DNA from: Eledone cirrhosa | Lineage: Eukaryota | DNA: 64,000 bases | Direction: 5' to 3' | Assembly: GCA_964016885.1 (NCBI GenBank) | Contig: OZ024745.1 | Span: 106,392,001-106,456,000, forward strand | Part shown: positions 29,807-42,806 of the stretch, piece after piece | Layout: every line of letters begins with the position of its first letter | Numbering within the stretch: the stretch's first letter is position 1 | Notes under the pieces: generated by a model | The model's database searches: none | Told to the model about the DNA's origin: nothing | Seen by the model: only the letters and a program-made list of their open reading frames with translations | Position numbers and translations under genes: made by a program

Positions 29807-29978
29807 TGGATTGGCAGTATTGGTAGAGGGTGGGACGCCATGCTTTGCAGCAAAGACTTACGTCCCTTTATGGTCTGAGTTCAAATCCCGCCGAGGTTAA
29901 CTTTGGGTCGATAAAATAAAGCACCAGTAATACACTGGGATAATTGCTGGCCTTGTGCCACATGTAGAAACAATTATT
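29807..29978 (+). mobile_element. Meta-like SINE with internal deletion
   Basis: Family similarity; TSD-like tttattcaaagt on both sides. Confidence 0.85.
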
Positions 29979-30074
29979 TATTCAAAGTAATCCAACTTAT
30001 TTTACTAATGGGATAACAAATTATAAACCGTACGCAGTGTCGCGCTCCTTACTTTATTTTAGTTTGGATTTTTT

Positions 30075-30670
30075 ATGCAAATGAGTTTTTAAAAAAAAAG
30101 AGTTAAACTGTGTTGTTAATAAATAAATAAAAAGTTGTACTTTTACCCTCCCATTTCCAATTCACCGAACGCTATCATGTCTGTATGTGTGTGTTTGTGT
30201 AAATGTATATGTGTGAATGTATGTATGTGTTTGTGTGAAAGTATGTGTTTGTGTGATGTGTATTTGTGTGAATGGGACGTCACAATTAGTGACTCTTTTG
30301 CTACTGTGTTCTGTTAGCTAATTACATTATCCAGCCTATGTGGTCTAAGATGTGTGTATTACGTGCTTGTGTATTTTTTCACTTTCTTTTTTTCCTTTCC
30401 CTTTCTTTTGTATATATTATATTTTTTTGTGTTTTCGTTCTGTAAGCATTATATTAATATTTTATACAAATGAGTTTTAAAAAAAAGAAGAGTTAAACAG
30501 TGTTGTTAATAAATAAATAAAACGTTATACTTGTTTTACCCCCCTCCCCGTTTCCAATTCACTGAACGCTATTATGACTGTATGTGTGTGTTTGTGTAAA
30601 TGTATGTGTGAATGTGTGTTTGTGTGAATGTTTATGTGTGAAAGTATGTGTATTTATCTGAATGTATGTC
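30075..30670. repeat. Local tandem duplication, ~390-bp spacing
   Basis: caaatgagtttt..gagttaaac..tgttgttaataaataaataaaa..ttccaattcac occurs at ~30078 and ~30467. Confidence 0.75.
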
Positions 30671-31501
30671 CGTGGGGGTGTATTTTTATAAGTAAGTTTG
30701 TGTTTGCGCGATTATAGCTATATACTCATAATAGTTATATACTCAGATATATACATGTGGACAATCATACGCGTCAGCGTGTAGAAAGACATAATCACTC
30801 TATCTCTCTAATCACAAACTCCCTCTTTCTATATATATATGGTAGTTCAAGTGGTGGTGGCGGCGACGATATACCGGAAGTGTACAAATTTGTACAAAAT
30901 ATCGCTATAGGTAATCCAGTTAGAGGTTGTGAATACTCCATATTGTGGATAGACATAGCGTACGACGTTGTTTGACTCAACAAGAGGTTTCCGTAGGTGG
31001 CGAGTTTGTGAGTTCTCTTGAATTCCTATGTTGTAATTTGAATTCGTAAACACCGAGTATATTTTTAACAGTCCTTTCTGATGATCTGTTTAAGCTAACA
31101 TCGTATTTAAAATTGAGTGGCACAGCTTCAAGTGTTCAGCAATTTTTAGACAACTTAATCAGTGAAACAATTGTTAATACTGTAAATAAAACCCTTTTTT
31201 GTACTGTTGACCATGTTATTCTTCACTCTTTCAATATGTATATGTTCAAAAGTTCAGAGCAATTAGCATTTTTACAAGAAGTCGGGAACCTACAATTATT
31301 TTGAGTTCATATTTTCGAAGAGGTATTAGTACTAAATGCACTCACACTGCGCATGTGTGTATGTTTAAATAGACATTTACAAAAATATTAATTGGTAATC
31401 AAGCAGGGCGTTAGCTAAAAAAAATAGGTTCGAATCCCAAGTGACGCAACTTATTGTTCTTATAATTTATTTCCTGTGTACACTAGGTCTCACATGATAT
31501 G

Positions 31502-31559
<58 letters not shown>

Positions 31560-31560
31560 C

Positions 31561-31608
<48 letters not shown>

Positions 31609-31915
31609 GTGTGCGCGTGTGTGTGCGTGCGTGTGCGCGTGTGTGTGTATGTGTGTGTGTATTTACTTATATATATGTGTATATATTATATATATATATA
31701 TGTATGTTCATATGTATATATATTTATGTATAAATTATATATGTGAGAGAGAGAGAGTGTGTGTGTGTTTCAGTGAATGTGTTTGTGTCTGCGTCTGTCT
31801 GTGTTTGTGTATCTCTATGTGTGTTTCTATATGTGCGTGCGTTTTGTGTGTATGTGTATATACATATGTATGTGTAAATACTAAGTAACTCTTTGGTATT
31901 ATATGAATATGAGGA

Positions 31916-33376
31916 GGGCGGTGGATTGGCAGTATCGGTAGAGCGTCAGACACCATGCTTTATATAGCATAGAGTTCTGGCCCTTTATGTTCTGAGTTCA
32001 AATACCGCCGAGGTTAACTTTGCCTTTCATCCTTACGAGGTCGATAAAATAAAGCACCAGTAATACACTGGGACAATTACTGACCTTGTGCCTAAAGTAG
32101 AAACAGTTATATGAATATGAGGGCAACACACATTTTTGAAACGTTAAATAACCAGAAGTTACATTGAAAAATCATTTCAGCCCAGTGAGTACAACCAATA
32201 GCTAATTTCATCCTATTTAAATGTAGTGATATGTTTTTCTCTCATTTGACATTTCTTGCGCTTAAACATGAAATAATTCTATGTTTGTAATATATAATTG
32301 TTTCAATTTTTGGCACAAGGCCAGCAAATAATTCAGTGCATTATTGCTAATTTATTTTATCGATGCCGTAAGGATGAAAGGCAAAGATAACCTCGGCGTG
32401 ATTTGAACTTAGAACGTAAAGGTCCATAACTCTATGCTGCAAAGCATGATGTCTGACGCTCTACCGATACTGCCAAACCACCGCTATGTTTGTAATATAT
32501 AATGCTTTCTTATATAGGCACAAGGCCAGCAATTTTTTTGGAGGGGGAGGGGAAAGTTGACTATATCGACCTCAGTGCATGACCGGTACTTTATTTTATC
32601 GACACCGTAAGGATGAAAGGCAAAGATAACCTCGGCGGGATTTGAACTTAGAAAGTAAAGGGCCATAACTTTATGCTGCAAAGCATGATGTCTGACGCTC
32701 TACCGATACTGCCAACCCACCTCTATGTTTGTAGTATATAATGAAACTCAAATAAGTATAATTAAATTTATAATTTAGATTATTATATTCATTCATAAGT
32801 TATATACTGTATCCGTTGACCTTGACGCCATGCTTTCCAGCATAGTTACGTCCCTTTACAGACTGAGTTCAAATCCCGCCGAGGTTAACTTTGCATTTCA
32901 TCCTTACGGGGTCGATAACATTAAATACCAGTAATACACTGGGATAATTGATGGCCTTGTGCCAAATATTAGAAACAATTATTATTATTGGATTGGCAGT
33001 ATCGGTGGAGGGTCGGACACCGTGCTTTGCGGCATCGAGTTACGGTTCTTTACGGTCTGAGTTCAAATCCCACCGAGGCTAACTTTGCCTTTCATCCTTA
33101 CGGGGTCGATAAAATTAAATACCAGTAATACACTGGGATAATTGCTGACCTTGTGCTAAAAGTAGAAACAATTATTATTATTAAATAATTGTTTATACTT
33201 TTGGCACAAGGCCAGCAATTATCCCAGTGTATTACTGGTACATTATTTTATCGACCCCGTAAGGATGAAAGGCAAAGTTAACCTGGGCGGGATTTGAACT
33301 CAGAATGGAAAGGGCCGTAACTCTTTGCGTCAAAGCATGGCGTCCGACTCTCTACCGATACTGCCAATCCACCGCC
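31916..33376. mobile_element. Cluster of six Meta-like SINEs (31916-32110 +; 32296-32484 -; 32505-32722 -; 32815-32985 +; 32988-33175 +; 33185-33376 -)
   Basis: Each matches the family consensus; TSDs visible, e.g. ttatatgaatatgagg around the first copy. Confidence 0.9.
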
Positions 33377-33436
33377 ATTGTAGTTAAAAAAGTATATTAT
33401 TATTATTAAATAATATACTTTCTTAACTACAATGAA

Positions 33437-33469
<33 letters not shown>

Positions 33470-33981
33470 AAATCGAACTAAATATTGTACAATAGATACA
33501 GGCTGATTGAATATGTGGGCAAATATTTGGTGGACCCTATCTGTAAAATTGCTAGACAATGAAACATGTTTATGATATCATTTATATCGTTTCAAATATA
33601 CACATCTGACCTACATCGTTTAAAAGTTAAAGCAACAAAGAGAAAGGTACAGAAACTATAGGACATTACAAAGTAATGAAAACAAAGCAGTTATATAAAT
33701 AGCGTAATATATTACATGTATTTATGTTCATACACACAGACACAAATACATACACAGACCCACAGACGTGGAAGCACACAAACTAATGCATACACGCGCA
33801 TAAACACGTACACACACTCATACAAACGCATACTCTCTCATACACACACATATATATATATTATTTATTTAGTTTTTTTTATAGAAATGGCTTCTACAGG
33901 TCTAACAGTGCTTCATGTGTGTGAAATATGATGTTCACACTGCTGGTACCTTATTTACTTTGCTTTTCGGGAACTACATAC

Positions 33982-34129
33982 TATAATATATATATATAAG
34001 ATCAAAAGATGGTTAACCATCTTTTGATCTTATATATTATTTATACTCCAGTCCTACAAACTGTAGAGTGCTACTTATCCGATATCTGCATTGCTTTATT
34101 GTACTACAATAAAACTCACCTCCTACATT

Positions 34130-34130
<1 letters not shown>
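33982..34130 (+). mobile_element. Fold-back family B (aagatcaaaagatgg), minimal copy
   Basis: Palindrome tatataagatcaaaagatggtt|aaccatcttttgatcttatata plus tail ending cctcctacatta. Confidence 0.75.
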
Positions 34131-34219
<89 letters not shown>

Positions 34220-34333
34220 CGGAAAAAAAAATGAAACGAAATTTCATTTCCCACTCTTAGTAAGGCAGTACATGCTTATATATATATATATATATTTTTA
34301 AGGTTGTTGAATCCCAACAAATTAAATATAACC

Positions 34334-34397
<64 letters not shown>

Positions 34398-34675
34398 TAT
34401 ATATATATATTTATATATATATATATATATATATACAAAATTAAATTAAGGGACCATCCGAGATTTGACTACTGTGATTTACCGATTAATTGGTGAAATA
34501 TATTTTTTATTTAAAGAAATATATACAAAGGAGATTAATCATTTTAATTAGTTACCTACCTAGCTATGTGTTCTTACACACTTTACAAATTATTACCTGT
34601 GATTGTTTCATATGTTTATTTTATATATATATATATGTCAATCTATTTCTAGTTGATATATATATATATATATAT

Positions 34676-34897
34676 ATATTTCGTTTCTGAATTTGTTTAG
34701 CAAGATTCTTTATCTGAAATCGTGTGTTGAAACCGATATTGTTATACTTTGGGAGGGTCATGTTGCCAATAAGAAACACACGCACCAGTCAGTATCTTGT
34801 TAGCCTGGCTAAGGCTTACGATATTTCGTTTCTGAATTTGTTTAGCAAGATTCTGGTGCGTGTGTTTCTTATTGGCAACATGACCCTCCCAAAGTAT

Positions 34898-34905
<8 letters not shown>
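34676..34905 (-). mobile_element. Fold-back family D (gggagggtcat)
   Basis: Inverted 34736-34787 versus 34853-34904; direct duplication of 34676-34709 at 34821; relatives at 3735, 42405, 51415, 56528 and 62675. Confidence 0.7.
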
Positions 34906-34942
<37 letters not shown>

Positions 34943-35025
34943 AAAATGGAACGGGAACAAAACAGAGAGGCAGTACGAACAAAGGTTTATTAGTTTCACG
35001 CTCTTGAGAGTGGGTGGTGGTGGGG

Positions 35026-35060
35026 AACGATTTTTCGGGCATAAGTCCTTCTTCGGGCGA
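35026..35060 (-). ncRNA. Degenerate PLE hammerhead (CCGAAGA core)
   Basis: Minus strand: CCGAAGA-aggacttatgccc-GAAA-aatcgttc, at the 3' end of the Penelope-like element. Confidence 0.5.
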
Positions 35061-36379
35061 AAAGTGTGTGTGAAGATAGTTCCAAGGGTGTGTAGGGGAG
35101 TGGGGGAGAGACATTTAGAAAAAAGGAGGTGAGAGGAAACGGTACAAATGAAAATAAATATAAAAACATAATAAAAATAAAAATAAACATGAAGATAAAC
35201 AAGTGGTGGAAGGGTGTGGGGCGTGTAGGGGTGTTGACGGGTGGAGTGGGGAGAGGGAGGCGGGGTGTCCGAGGCGGGGAGGGCTGAAGGTGGTGTGCGT
35301 GTGTAGGTGTACGTGCGTGTGTGTGTATGTGAATGTGAGAGTTGGGGGAAGAACGGGGTTTCATGTTCAGAAAAAGGTGTGTCGGGGGTGGGGTGTAGGT
35401 CGATGTGCGTGTGCGTGTGTGGATGGGGAGGGGTCAGAGGGGTGGGGGATGGGGAGGAGGATTCCGGAGGCTGAGTGTGTAAATATGTGGTGCTATGCAC
35501 GTGTGTGTGGTGTTTATACGTATTGTGGATGTAGGTGGCGTGTGGGAAAAAAAATGTTGTGAGTGTATGTCCGTGGGTAAGTTGCTAAGGTAGTTTCGTA
35601 GAGGGTGTGGTGGGATGCCGGATAATTTCCTTGTGATGGAGTTGATTCGTGGGAGCGATGTCCAATATGTGTATTCCGTGGTTGGGTTGGTCGGAAGAGG
35701 GGAGATGTGGGGTGCGCGCACAAGAGGAAGTGGTCAGAGGGTCAAGGCAGGAGGAGGGTTGTGTGTCTGTGTGTGCGGAGAGGTGGTCAGAGTTTCAGGG
35801 CATAGCAGTAGTAGGGGAGAATGGCAGGTGGAGAAAGTCGGTGTGTCAGTGTGTGCGGAGGTGCGGTGGACAAGGGAGAGGATGGGTAGGTGTGAAAGGT
35901 GGAGTGAAAGGGGGGGTATTAGTAGAGGTGTTAGTGGGATGTGTGTGTGTGTGTGTGTGAGAAGGGGTGAGGGTGGAGCGAGGAGAGGGAGGGGGAGAGA
36001 GAGGTGTGGGGGCCGATGGAAGGAGTGTAGTGTACTGATGTGTGTGTGGGTGGTAGGTGTGTTCGTGTGCGTGGGGTCGGGGGGTGTTAGTGGTATTAGT
36101 TGTGGGCTGGTGGGAGTGGATGTGTGGGTGAGGGTTAGTGGTGGTAGTAGGGTGTGTGCTTAGTGTGAGTGCGTGTATATATGTACCGGTGGGTGTGTGC
36201 GTGATAAGGGGAGGGGGAGAAGAAAGGATGTTAGTATTGTTAGTTGGGGAAGGGTGGTCGGGTGTGGGGTGGGGGTGTTAAATTGTTAGTTGTGGGGTGG
36301 GCGGTGAAAAGGAGGAGTGTGTTAGTGGTGTTAGTGGGGGATATGTGTGTGTGGGGGGGGGGAGCAGGGCCGTCGAAGG

Positions 36380-36810
36380 CTAAAGGAATATGGGTGGGGA
36401 GTTCAGGCCGGGAAGTTCAGGCCGGGGGAAAAAGTGGGTCTGTAGGGTGAAGATGGTGCGTTGTTCGACCCTGAGGAGGGAGGCGGGTGTTCCGTGGCAT
36501 TGGAGTAGGCCACAGACTGTGAGGTGGTGCGCGGAATGTCCAGGGCAGCCAAAGTGGCGGGCGATGGGGGAACTACCGCCGAGACGAATATCCCGGAGGT
36601 GTTCGGTAAAACGGTCCGCCAGGCGGCGTCCAGTCTGTCCGACGTAGGTTGCGCTGCACTCCGTGCCGCGAAGTACATAGACTAGGTTGGAGGAGGTGCA
36701 GAGGAAGGCATGCCGGACAGAGAGAGAGTGGCCATTGGGGCCCTGGAAGGTGGTGGTGTTGGTGATGTGGGGACAGGTGTTGCAACAAGGCCTGGAACAG
36801 GGAATGGAAC
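36380..36810 (-). pseudogene. GIY-YIG endonuclease domain of the Penelope-like element
   Basis: C-terminal part of ORF 36380..37057. Confidence 0.88.
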
Positions 36811-37627
36811 GGGGGGAGCGTGAGTTGGGGGTAGGGAGCTGCGGACGAGGAGGGTGCGGAGATTGCGTGCGCGTTTGAAGGAGGGGAGTGGTGGGGCTGG
36901 AAAGATGTGGGAGGTGGAGGGGTCGGACTGGAGGTGTCGGAAGAGGCGGAGGATGGTGCGGTGGAGGGGTAGGGTGGAGTGGTGGTAGGTGATGGGTAGA
37001 GACGGTGGGTGGGTATGCGGTGGCGTGGGATGAGGGTGGTGGAGCGGTGGACAGCACGGGCGCGAGTGAGAGCGGTGTGGACGAGAGAGGGGGTAACCTG
37101 TGCGGATGAAATGGCTGACTAGGGAAAGGGCCTGGGACCCAAAGTCAGCATCTCGGCTACAGAGGCGGCGGATCCTGAGGAGTTGGGAGTAGGGAATAGA
37201 GTGCTTAGTGTGTGTAGGGTGGGAAGAGGTGAAGTCGTGGTAGGAGTGGGAATCGGTGGGTTTGAAGAAGGCGGAGGTGACGAGGGAGTGGTGGGAGGGG
37301 TCGAAGGCGACGGAGATGTCTAAGAAGTGGACGTGGGTGATGGAGATAGAGGTGGTGAAGTGGAGGTAGGGGTGGAAGGAGCAGAAGAAGGAGAGAAAGG
37401 AGTTGAGCTGTTCTCGGGTGAGTGTCGTGGCTCTGATACAGTCGTCGATGTAACGACCGTACAGTTCGGCGTGGGGCCGGTGTACTGGGCAAACATTTGG
37501 GCCTCAACATGGCCAACAAAAAGGTTGGCATAGTTTGAGCCCATACTTGTGCCCGTGGCTACCCCCGTGACCTGTTGGTAAAACTCACCCGAGAAGGAGA
37601 AACAGTTGAGGGTGAGGACCATCTCGG

Positions 37628-37706
<79 letters not shown>

Positions 37707-37732
37707 TGTGTGTATGTATATATATATATATA

Positions 37733-37924
37733 TAACGAAGGGGTTGTGGTAAGGAACCAGATGGACCATAACACACCAGAGTACTCAATACTTAGGGCAG
37801 TAGAGTGGGTAATAGGAAAATGTATGACCCCCGACGGCAGAGCTCAAGCCGTTTCGACGGCTATTTCGGCTAGTCCAGAAATAGCCGTCGAACCGGCTTG
37901 AGCTCTGCCGTCGGGGTCATACAT

Positions 37925-37932
<8 letters not shown>
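37733..37932 (-). mobile_element. Fold-back family C copy
   Basis: Same arm end and tail end as the other copies; (TA)n on both sides. Confidence 0.8.
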
Positions 37933-37996
<64 letters not shown>

Positions 37997-38035
37997 AAGA
38001 ACACAAGAGCGTCTACAACATCAAAAGATTTTTAT

Positions 38036-38086
38036 TGGCTAACAATGTTTCTTCCTTACGTGTAACCGTAGGATTCATCAGAGCTA
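38036..38086 (-). ncRNA. Type I hammerhead ribozyme
   Basis: tagct-CTGATGA-atcctacg/cgtaagga-a-GAAA-CATTG-TT-agcca, then AATAAA. Lies in a ~170-bp island between (TA)n arrays. Confidence 0.65.
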
Positions 38087-38189
38087 TAAAAGGGGTTTGA
38101 TTGGTGTTTCCTCCGGAGTTTCGCCTGTTTATCACAGGGTCATCATACAAGAACTCTTGTCTGATATATATATATATATATATATAATA

Positions 38190-38887
38190 TTAAGGATACT
38201 ATTTATGGTTATGTATATACTAAAACTTTTTATAGTTATATATATTTTAAACCCTAAACAGTGAAGGTCAGTAATTTATTACTACCTTATTACCAGATAG
38301 ATAAATAGCTCAATGTAATAACATCAGTCGTTCTACAGAGCAGTTATATAGAATTCACAAGAATCAAAGCTATGTTCAAAGCATTTATTCACTTACAATT
38401 GTTTCATCCAAACCTAGGCTTGGTTCATCCAAACCTAGGCTTGGAGTCTTCGGAGCATTTTTCAATCTTTGTACAAATGATTGACCTCCTTTCCAACGCA
38501 AGAGACATACAGATACATATGTATATATTGATGTACAGTGGAGTGACATATATTATATTATATTTCTGTATAGCAATTCAAATTCAAAATCAAAAACACA
38601 TTAAAACCAAAATCAAAGCAAAATTAAAATACAATCGGCAGTTAACATAGATAATGCAAGATGATAGTTTGTTAGTCAGATGTAGTAGTTATTTTAGTTA
38701 TTTTATGCGTTAGTTACACGTGGGGCATGCACGTGTGTCTCATTTATATATGATTATTGCGTTGGAAAGGAGGTCAATTATGTGTACAAACATTGAAAAA
38801 TGCTCCGAAGACTCCAAGCCTAGGTTTGGATGAAACAATTGTAAGTGAATAAATGCTTTGAACATAGCTTTGATTCTTGTGAATTCT
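38190..38887 (-). mobile_element. Fold-back element, arms 38350-38475 / 38783-38887, with U4C hammerhead variant
   Basis: Right arm 38801-38847: tgct-CCGAAGA-ctccaagc(ctag)gtttggat-GAAA-CAATTG-TA-agtg-AATAAA. Left arm has a 21-bp tandem duplication (38403-38444). Confidence 0.72.
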
Positions 38888-38890
38888 CTC

Positions 38891-38921
<31 letters not shown>

Positions 38922-39665
38922 TTGTGTTTGCGTATGTATGTATTGTATGTATATATGTATATATACATGTGTGCGCGTGCGTTTATGTGTAAATGGGTAG
39001 GATCTTATTTTGTGAACACTTAACGGCTAGATAACATATCTGGATACTCTACGTACAATAAAGTATTTAATTTATATCATGAATAGAATGTGTGTCGGTT
39101 TCTTTTTTAAATTCTTTAGACTGCTATAATAATCGGACTAATTTTCTGTTTGTATATATATTTTCTTCTAGATATGTTTATAGATGTGACTCGCTGGTCG
39201 AGCTGATTGATTAAGAAACGATGAATCATTTGATTTTCGTAGGAAAAAGAGTTAACTCCATCTTGAACGTCAGAGTAAGACGATTTGTTTGGTTTATTAA
39301 GTGATGTGATATTTTCTGTGTGATTTTTAAATGTGCGTGTTTGGAGTCGAACGTATCGTGTGGATTATGGATAATATTTTTTCTGATACACATATATGAA
39401 GCACACACAATTTACAAAGCACTTACAGAAATACACGCGAAACCAATCATAAACTAAATTCACCTCTTGATTCTCTCCTACTCAAGCCTACAGCTGTAAC
39501 GTATTTACATCCGTCTGTCGCAGAAACAATGAAATTCGCACAAATAGTTATTCACTGAAATTACTTCTCTAACTACAATCGTGGCATAGATTTAGGAACG
39601 TCTTCTGTTGCCCAAGTTCCAGACATTCCCTCACATCATCGCTGGAGTGGTCCAAATGTGTTCAG

Positions 39666-40045
39666 AATAATTGTTTCTACTTTCAGCACAAGGCCAGCAA
39701 TTTGAAGGGGAAGGAAAAGTAGATTAAATCGACCCCAGTAAATTACTGGTTCTTTATTTTAAAGACCCCGTAAGGGTGAAAGACACAGATAACCTCGTCG
39801 GGATTTGAACTCAGAACATAAAGTGCTGTAACTCTATGCTCTGAGTTCTGTGTTCAGAATAATTGTCTCTACTTTAGGCACAAGGCCAGCAATTACCCAG
39901 TGCATTACTGGTACTTTATGTTATCGACCCCGTAAGGCTGAAAGGCAAAGTCAACCTCGGCGGGATTTGAACTCAGATCGTAAGGAGACGTAACTATGCT
40001 GGAAAGCATGGCGTCCGACCCTCTACTGATACTGCCAATCCACTG
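39666..40045 (-). mobile_element. Two tandem Meta-like SINEs
   Basis: 39666-39843 and 39857-40045; tgtgttcagaataattg is repeated at both 3' junctions. Confidence 0.85.
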
Positions 40046-41312
40046 CATCTTACACAGGTTTGGATGCACAACTTAGGTGCCCTTACTGTTTCTAGTCAAA
40101 TACAAATTCAAAATCAGCCCTCTTGATTTATTATAAGACGTAATATTAGATTAACATATTTTACAGCAAGATATTTCCTATTCTTATTGCAGTCTGAAGA
40201 ATCGAAATATATACTGATTATATATGTGATCTATTATATTTTTCACAACATCAATTATTGCCTGAAGATAAGTAAGCTATCAAATATAGAATGACTATTC
40301 CTATACTGGTTGATGTTTGAAACCTTAGTTAGCATGCATTTGTGTTGAGATTTTATTATGATACACCTTTGATGGACAATCATTATTATATACTTTCATC
40401 ATATCCTTGAGAGTTTCCTCAGGTGTTTTTAGTAGAAAGTAGAATTTTATTACACTTCTGTATTCAATTGATGTCATATTTTAATTTATGCGCCAACCAA
40501 TGTAAACAAAATTATGACGTATTAAAACAAACTTTTCTTTACTAGTATTAAATGTATTTACAAATAAATTTCGTTTGAATGTTCTAGCTTTTTCTTTTTA
40601 TACCGAGTATTAGAGATTATTGACCCGACCACGTATACTTTGGGTTTGTACATTACACACAGCATTTTCTTTCATTGATCTATTCTTCGGAATCACTTGG
40701 TACTATATATTTATATATACCTTCAAAGGTGCCCCATCGTGCCCTCGCTATTTCAGATTTTTCATTTGTGTACCAAATCAAGGCACTATTGCAGCAGATT
40801 ATAATATAGTTAATGAAATAAAACTAGATAAAAAAAAATAACATTTGTAGAGGGAACAACAAACATATATGGAACACCACAAAAAAAAAAAAAAAAAAGC
40901 GAAGGTTAACTACGGAAGCTTTAAAACATACAAACATCGAGATAGAGACCATGTGAAATCAAATCTGAAAATTTATCAGGAGTTAAACCATGGAATTATT
41001 TTATATCCAACGATGAATATTTTATCAGTTATAATTTTTTTTCTATAATCCATTGCGACATGCGGCAAAGCTGGCAAATAAATCAGCACTACTTCTATAA
41101 TTTCCTTAAGATAATGAGACTGAGAAGATACCGAATTGTTAATGTACTTAGCAACATTAATGTTCCAAACTAAACATTAAGGACTGATAGGGATATATGA
41201 AAAAATATTTAATAAAAAAAATAAGTTTAACTCGAAAACATGCACACTTGAATGCATACATGCACATCTACATAAACACACATACCTTTTCATATGTATA
41301 TAGAGACATATC

Positions 41313-41356
<44 letters not shown>

Positions 41357-41380
41357 CATTTACATACACACATTAACAAA

Positions 41381-41429
<49 letters not shown>

Positions 41430-41517
41430 GCTGCTGCTGCTACTACTACTACTACTACTGCTGCTGCTACTACTACTACTACTGCTACTACTGCTACTAT
41501 TACCACCACCACCACCA

Positions 41518-41552
<35 letters not shown>

Positions 41553-41602
41553 GCTGCTGCTGCTACTACTACTACTACTATTATTTCTATTACCACCACT
41601 AT

Positions 41603-41634
<32 letters not shown>

Positions 41635-41720
41635 TTACCACCACTATCACCACCACCAACGCCACCACCACCACCACCACCACCACCACCACCACCACCA
41701 CCACCACCACCACCACCACC

Positions 41721-41752
<32 letters not shown>

Positions 41753-41770
41753 AGTTGCTGCTGTTGCTAT
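41381..41770. repeat. Compound (TAC)/(TGC)/(CAC) trinucleotide repeat
   Basis: Direct reading. Confidence 0.95.
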
Positions 41771-42188
41771 ATGGCATTAATTTCAAAGTAATGTTTACCG
41801 AGAAGTTCTAATCTATGACATAATGGGAGGAATTGTTTCCTTAAATTTCAACAATGACAAGTCAGTTCTGAATTTGATATAGGTTTTTGTGTAAGACTAC
41901 ACCGAGACATGTAAGTCTTCCACAGATTGTCACAATGTGTATATTTATTGTACAACTTAATTGTGTCTAGGTTGGAAAGCATATTTTAAACATAATTAAC
42001 TTGCACTCTTGCATGACACTTCAAGCTTTTAAGGAAAATATTGTAAACATATGGCCTTACGTAATATATGCGTGTGTGTCAGTCTGAGTCTGTGATTGTA
42101 TATATAAACATGTACATATGTGTGTATGTGTGTGTGTGTGTGTGTGTGATATGTATATATAAACATATACACATATGTGTGTCTATGA

Positions 42189-42226
<38 letters not shown>

Positions 42227-42364
42227 AGAATAGAAATGGCTGTGTAGTTGCTATTTAAGGTAACTTAAAATGCAGTGGGAATACGAAGAAAGAAAGAACG
42301 GGGGGGGGGGGGGGTTCCTCATCAGTTGTCCACTGGGGGTCATGGATATTTCAACGCTCTAAAG

Positions 42365-42402
<38 letters not shown>

Positions 42403-42409
<7 letters not shown>

Positions 42410-42680
42410 ATATACTTGGGGAGGGTCATATTTGTGTAATAATATTGGCAGAATTAATAACAGATCACACTCACTGTTTGGTTGGTTTTCGCTTCTGTGT
42501 CTTTTATATCGGTTAATTTAATTTATTCGGTCCTCAATGTTGCCATTGACTGACCAACGGTCAAAAATACAGATACAATATAGACACAAACACATATATA
42601 TAGTCTATCAAAGTTCTTTCGTTGCACATTTGCAACATCGTCAGTCTTGCTATTATGTTTCCTCCCGTTGCATTGTATGC
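42403..42680 (-). mobile_element. Family D element with hammerhead-like core at 42606-42647
   Basis: Closely similar to 56528-56808. Minus strand: CTGACGA-tgttgca(aatg)tgcaac-GAAA; stem I is weak. Confidence 0.65.
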
Positions 42681-42715
42681 TTACGCCATCTTTTCACACA
42701 CATATATATATATAC

Positions 42716-42806
<91 letters not shown>

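Larger units (their letters stand above)
34939..37630 (-). mobile_element. 5'-truncated Penelope-like retroelement (Neptune-type), frameshifted RT plus GIY-YIG, inserted in (TA)n
   Basis: RT: [35 protein letters not shown] (YIDD at 37441-37452), thumb KPTD..SSHP..SIPYSQ.LR. Cys-rich linker CSRPCCNTC. GIY-YIG: LVY..YVGQTGRRLADRFTEH..ARHF..GLN. 3' hammerhead-like motif and AATAAA. Confidence 0.92.

Noticed and set aside
31916-33376. SINE heads as tRNA genes; spaced repeats as CRISPR
   Set aside because: Heads are embedded in SINEs with TSDs and lack a full cloverleaf. There is no repeat-spacer periodicity, no cas gene, and the context is eukaryotic.
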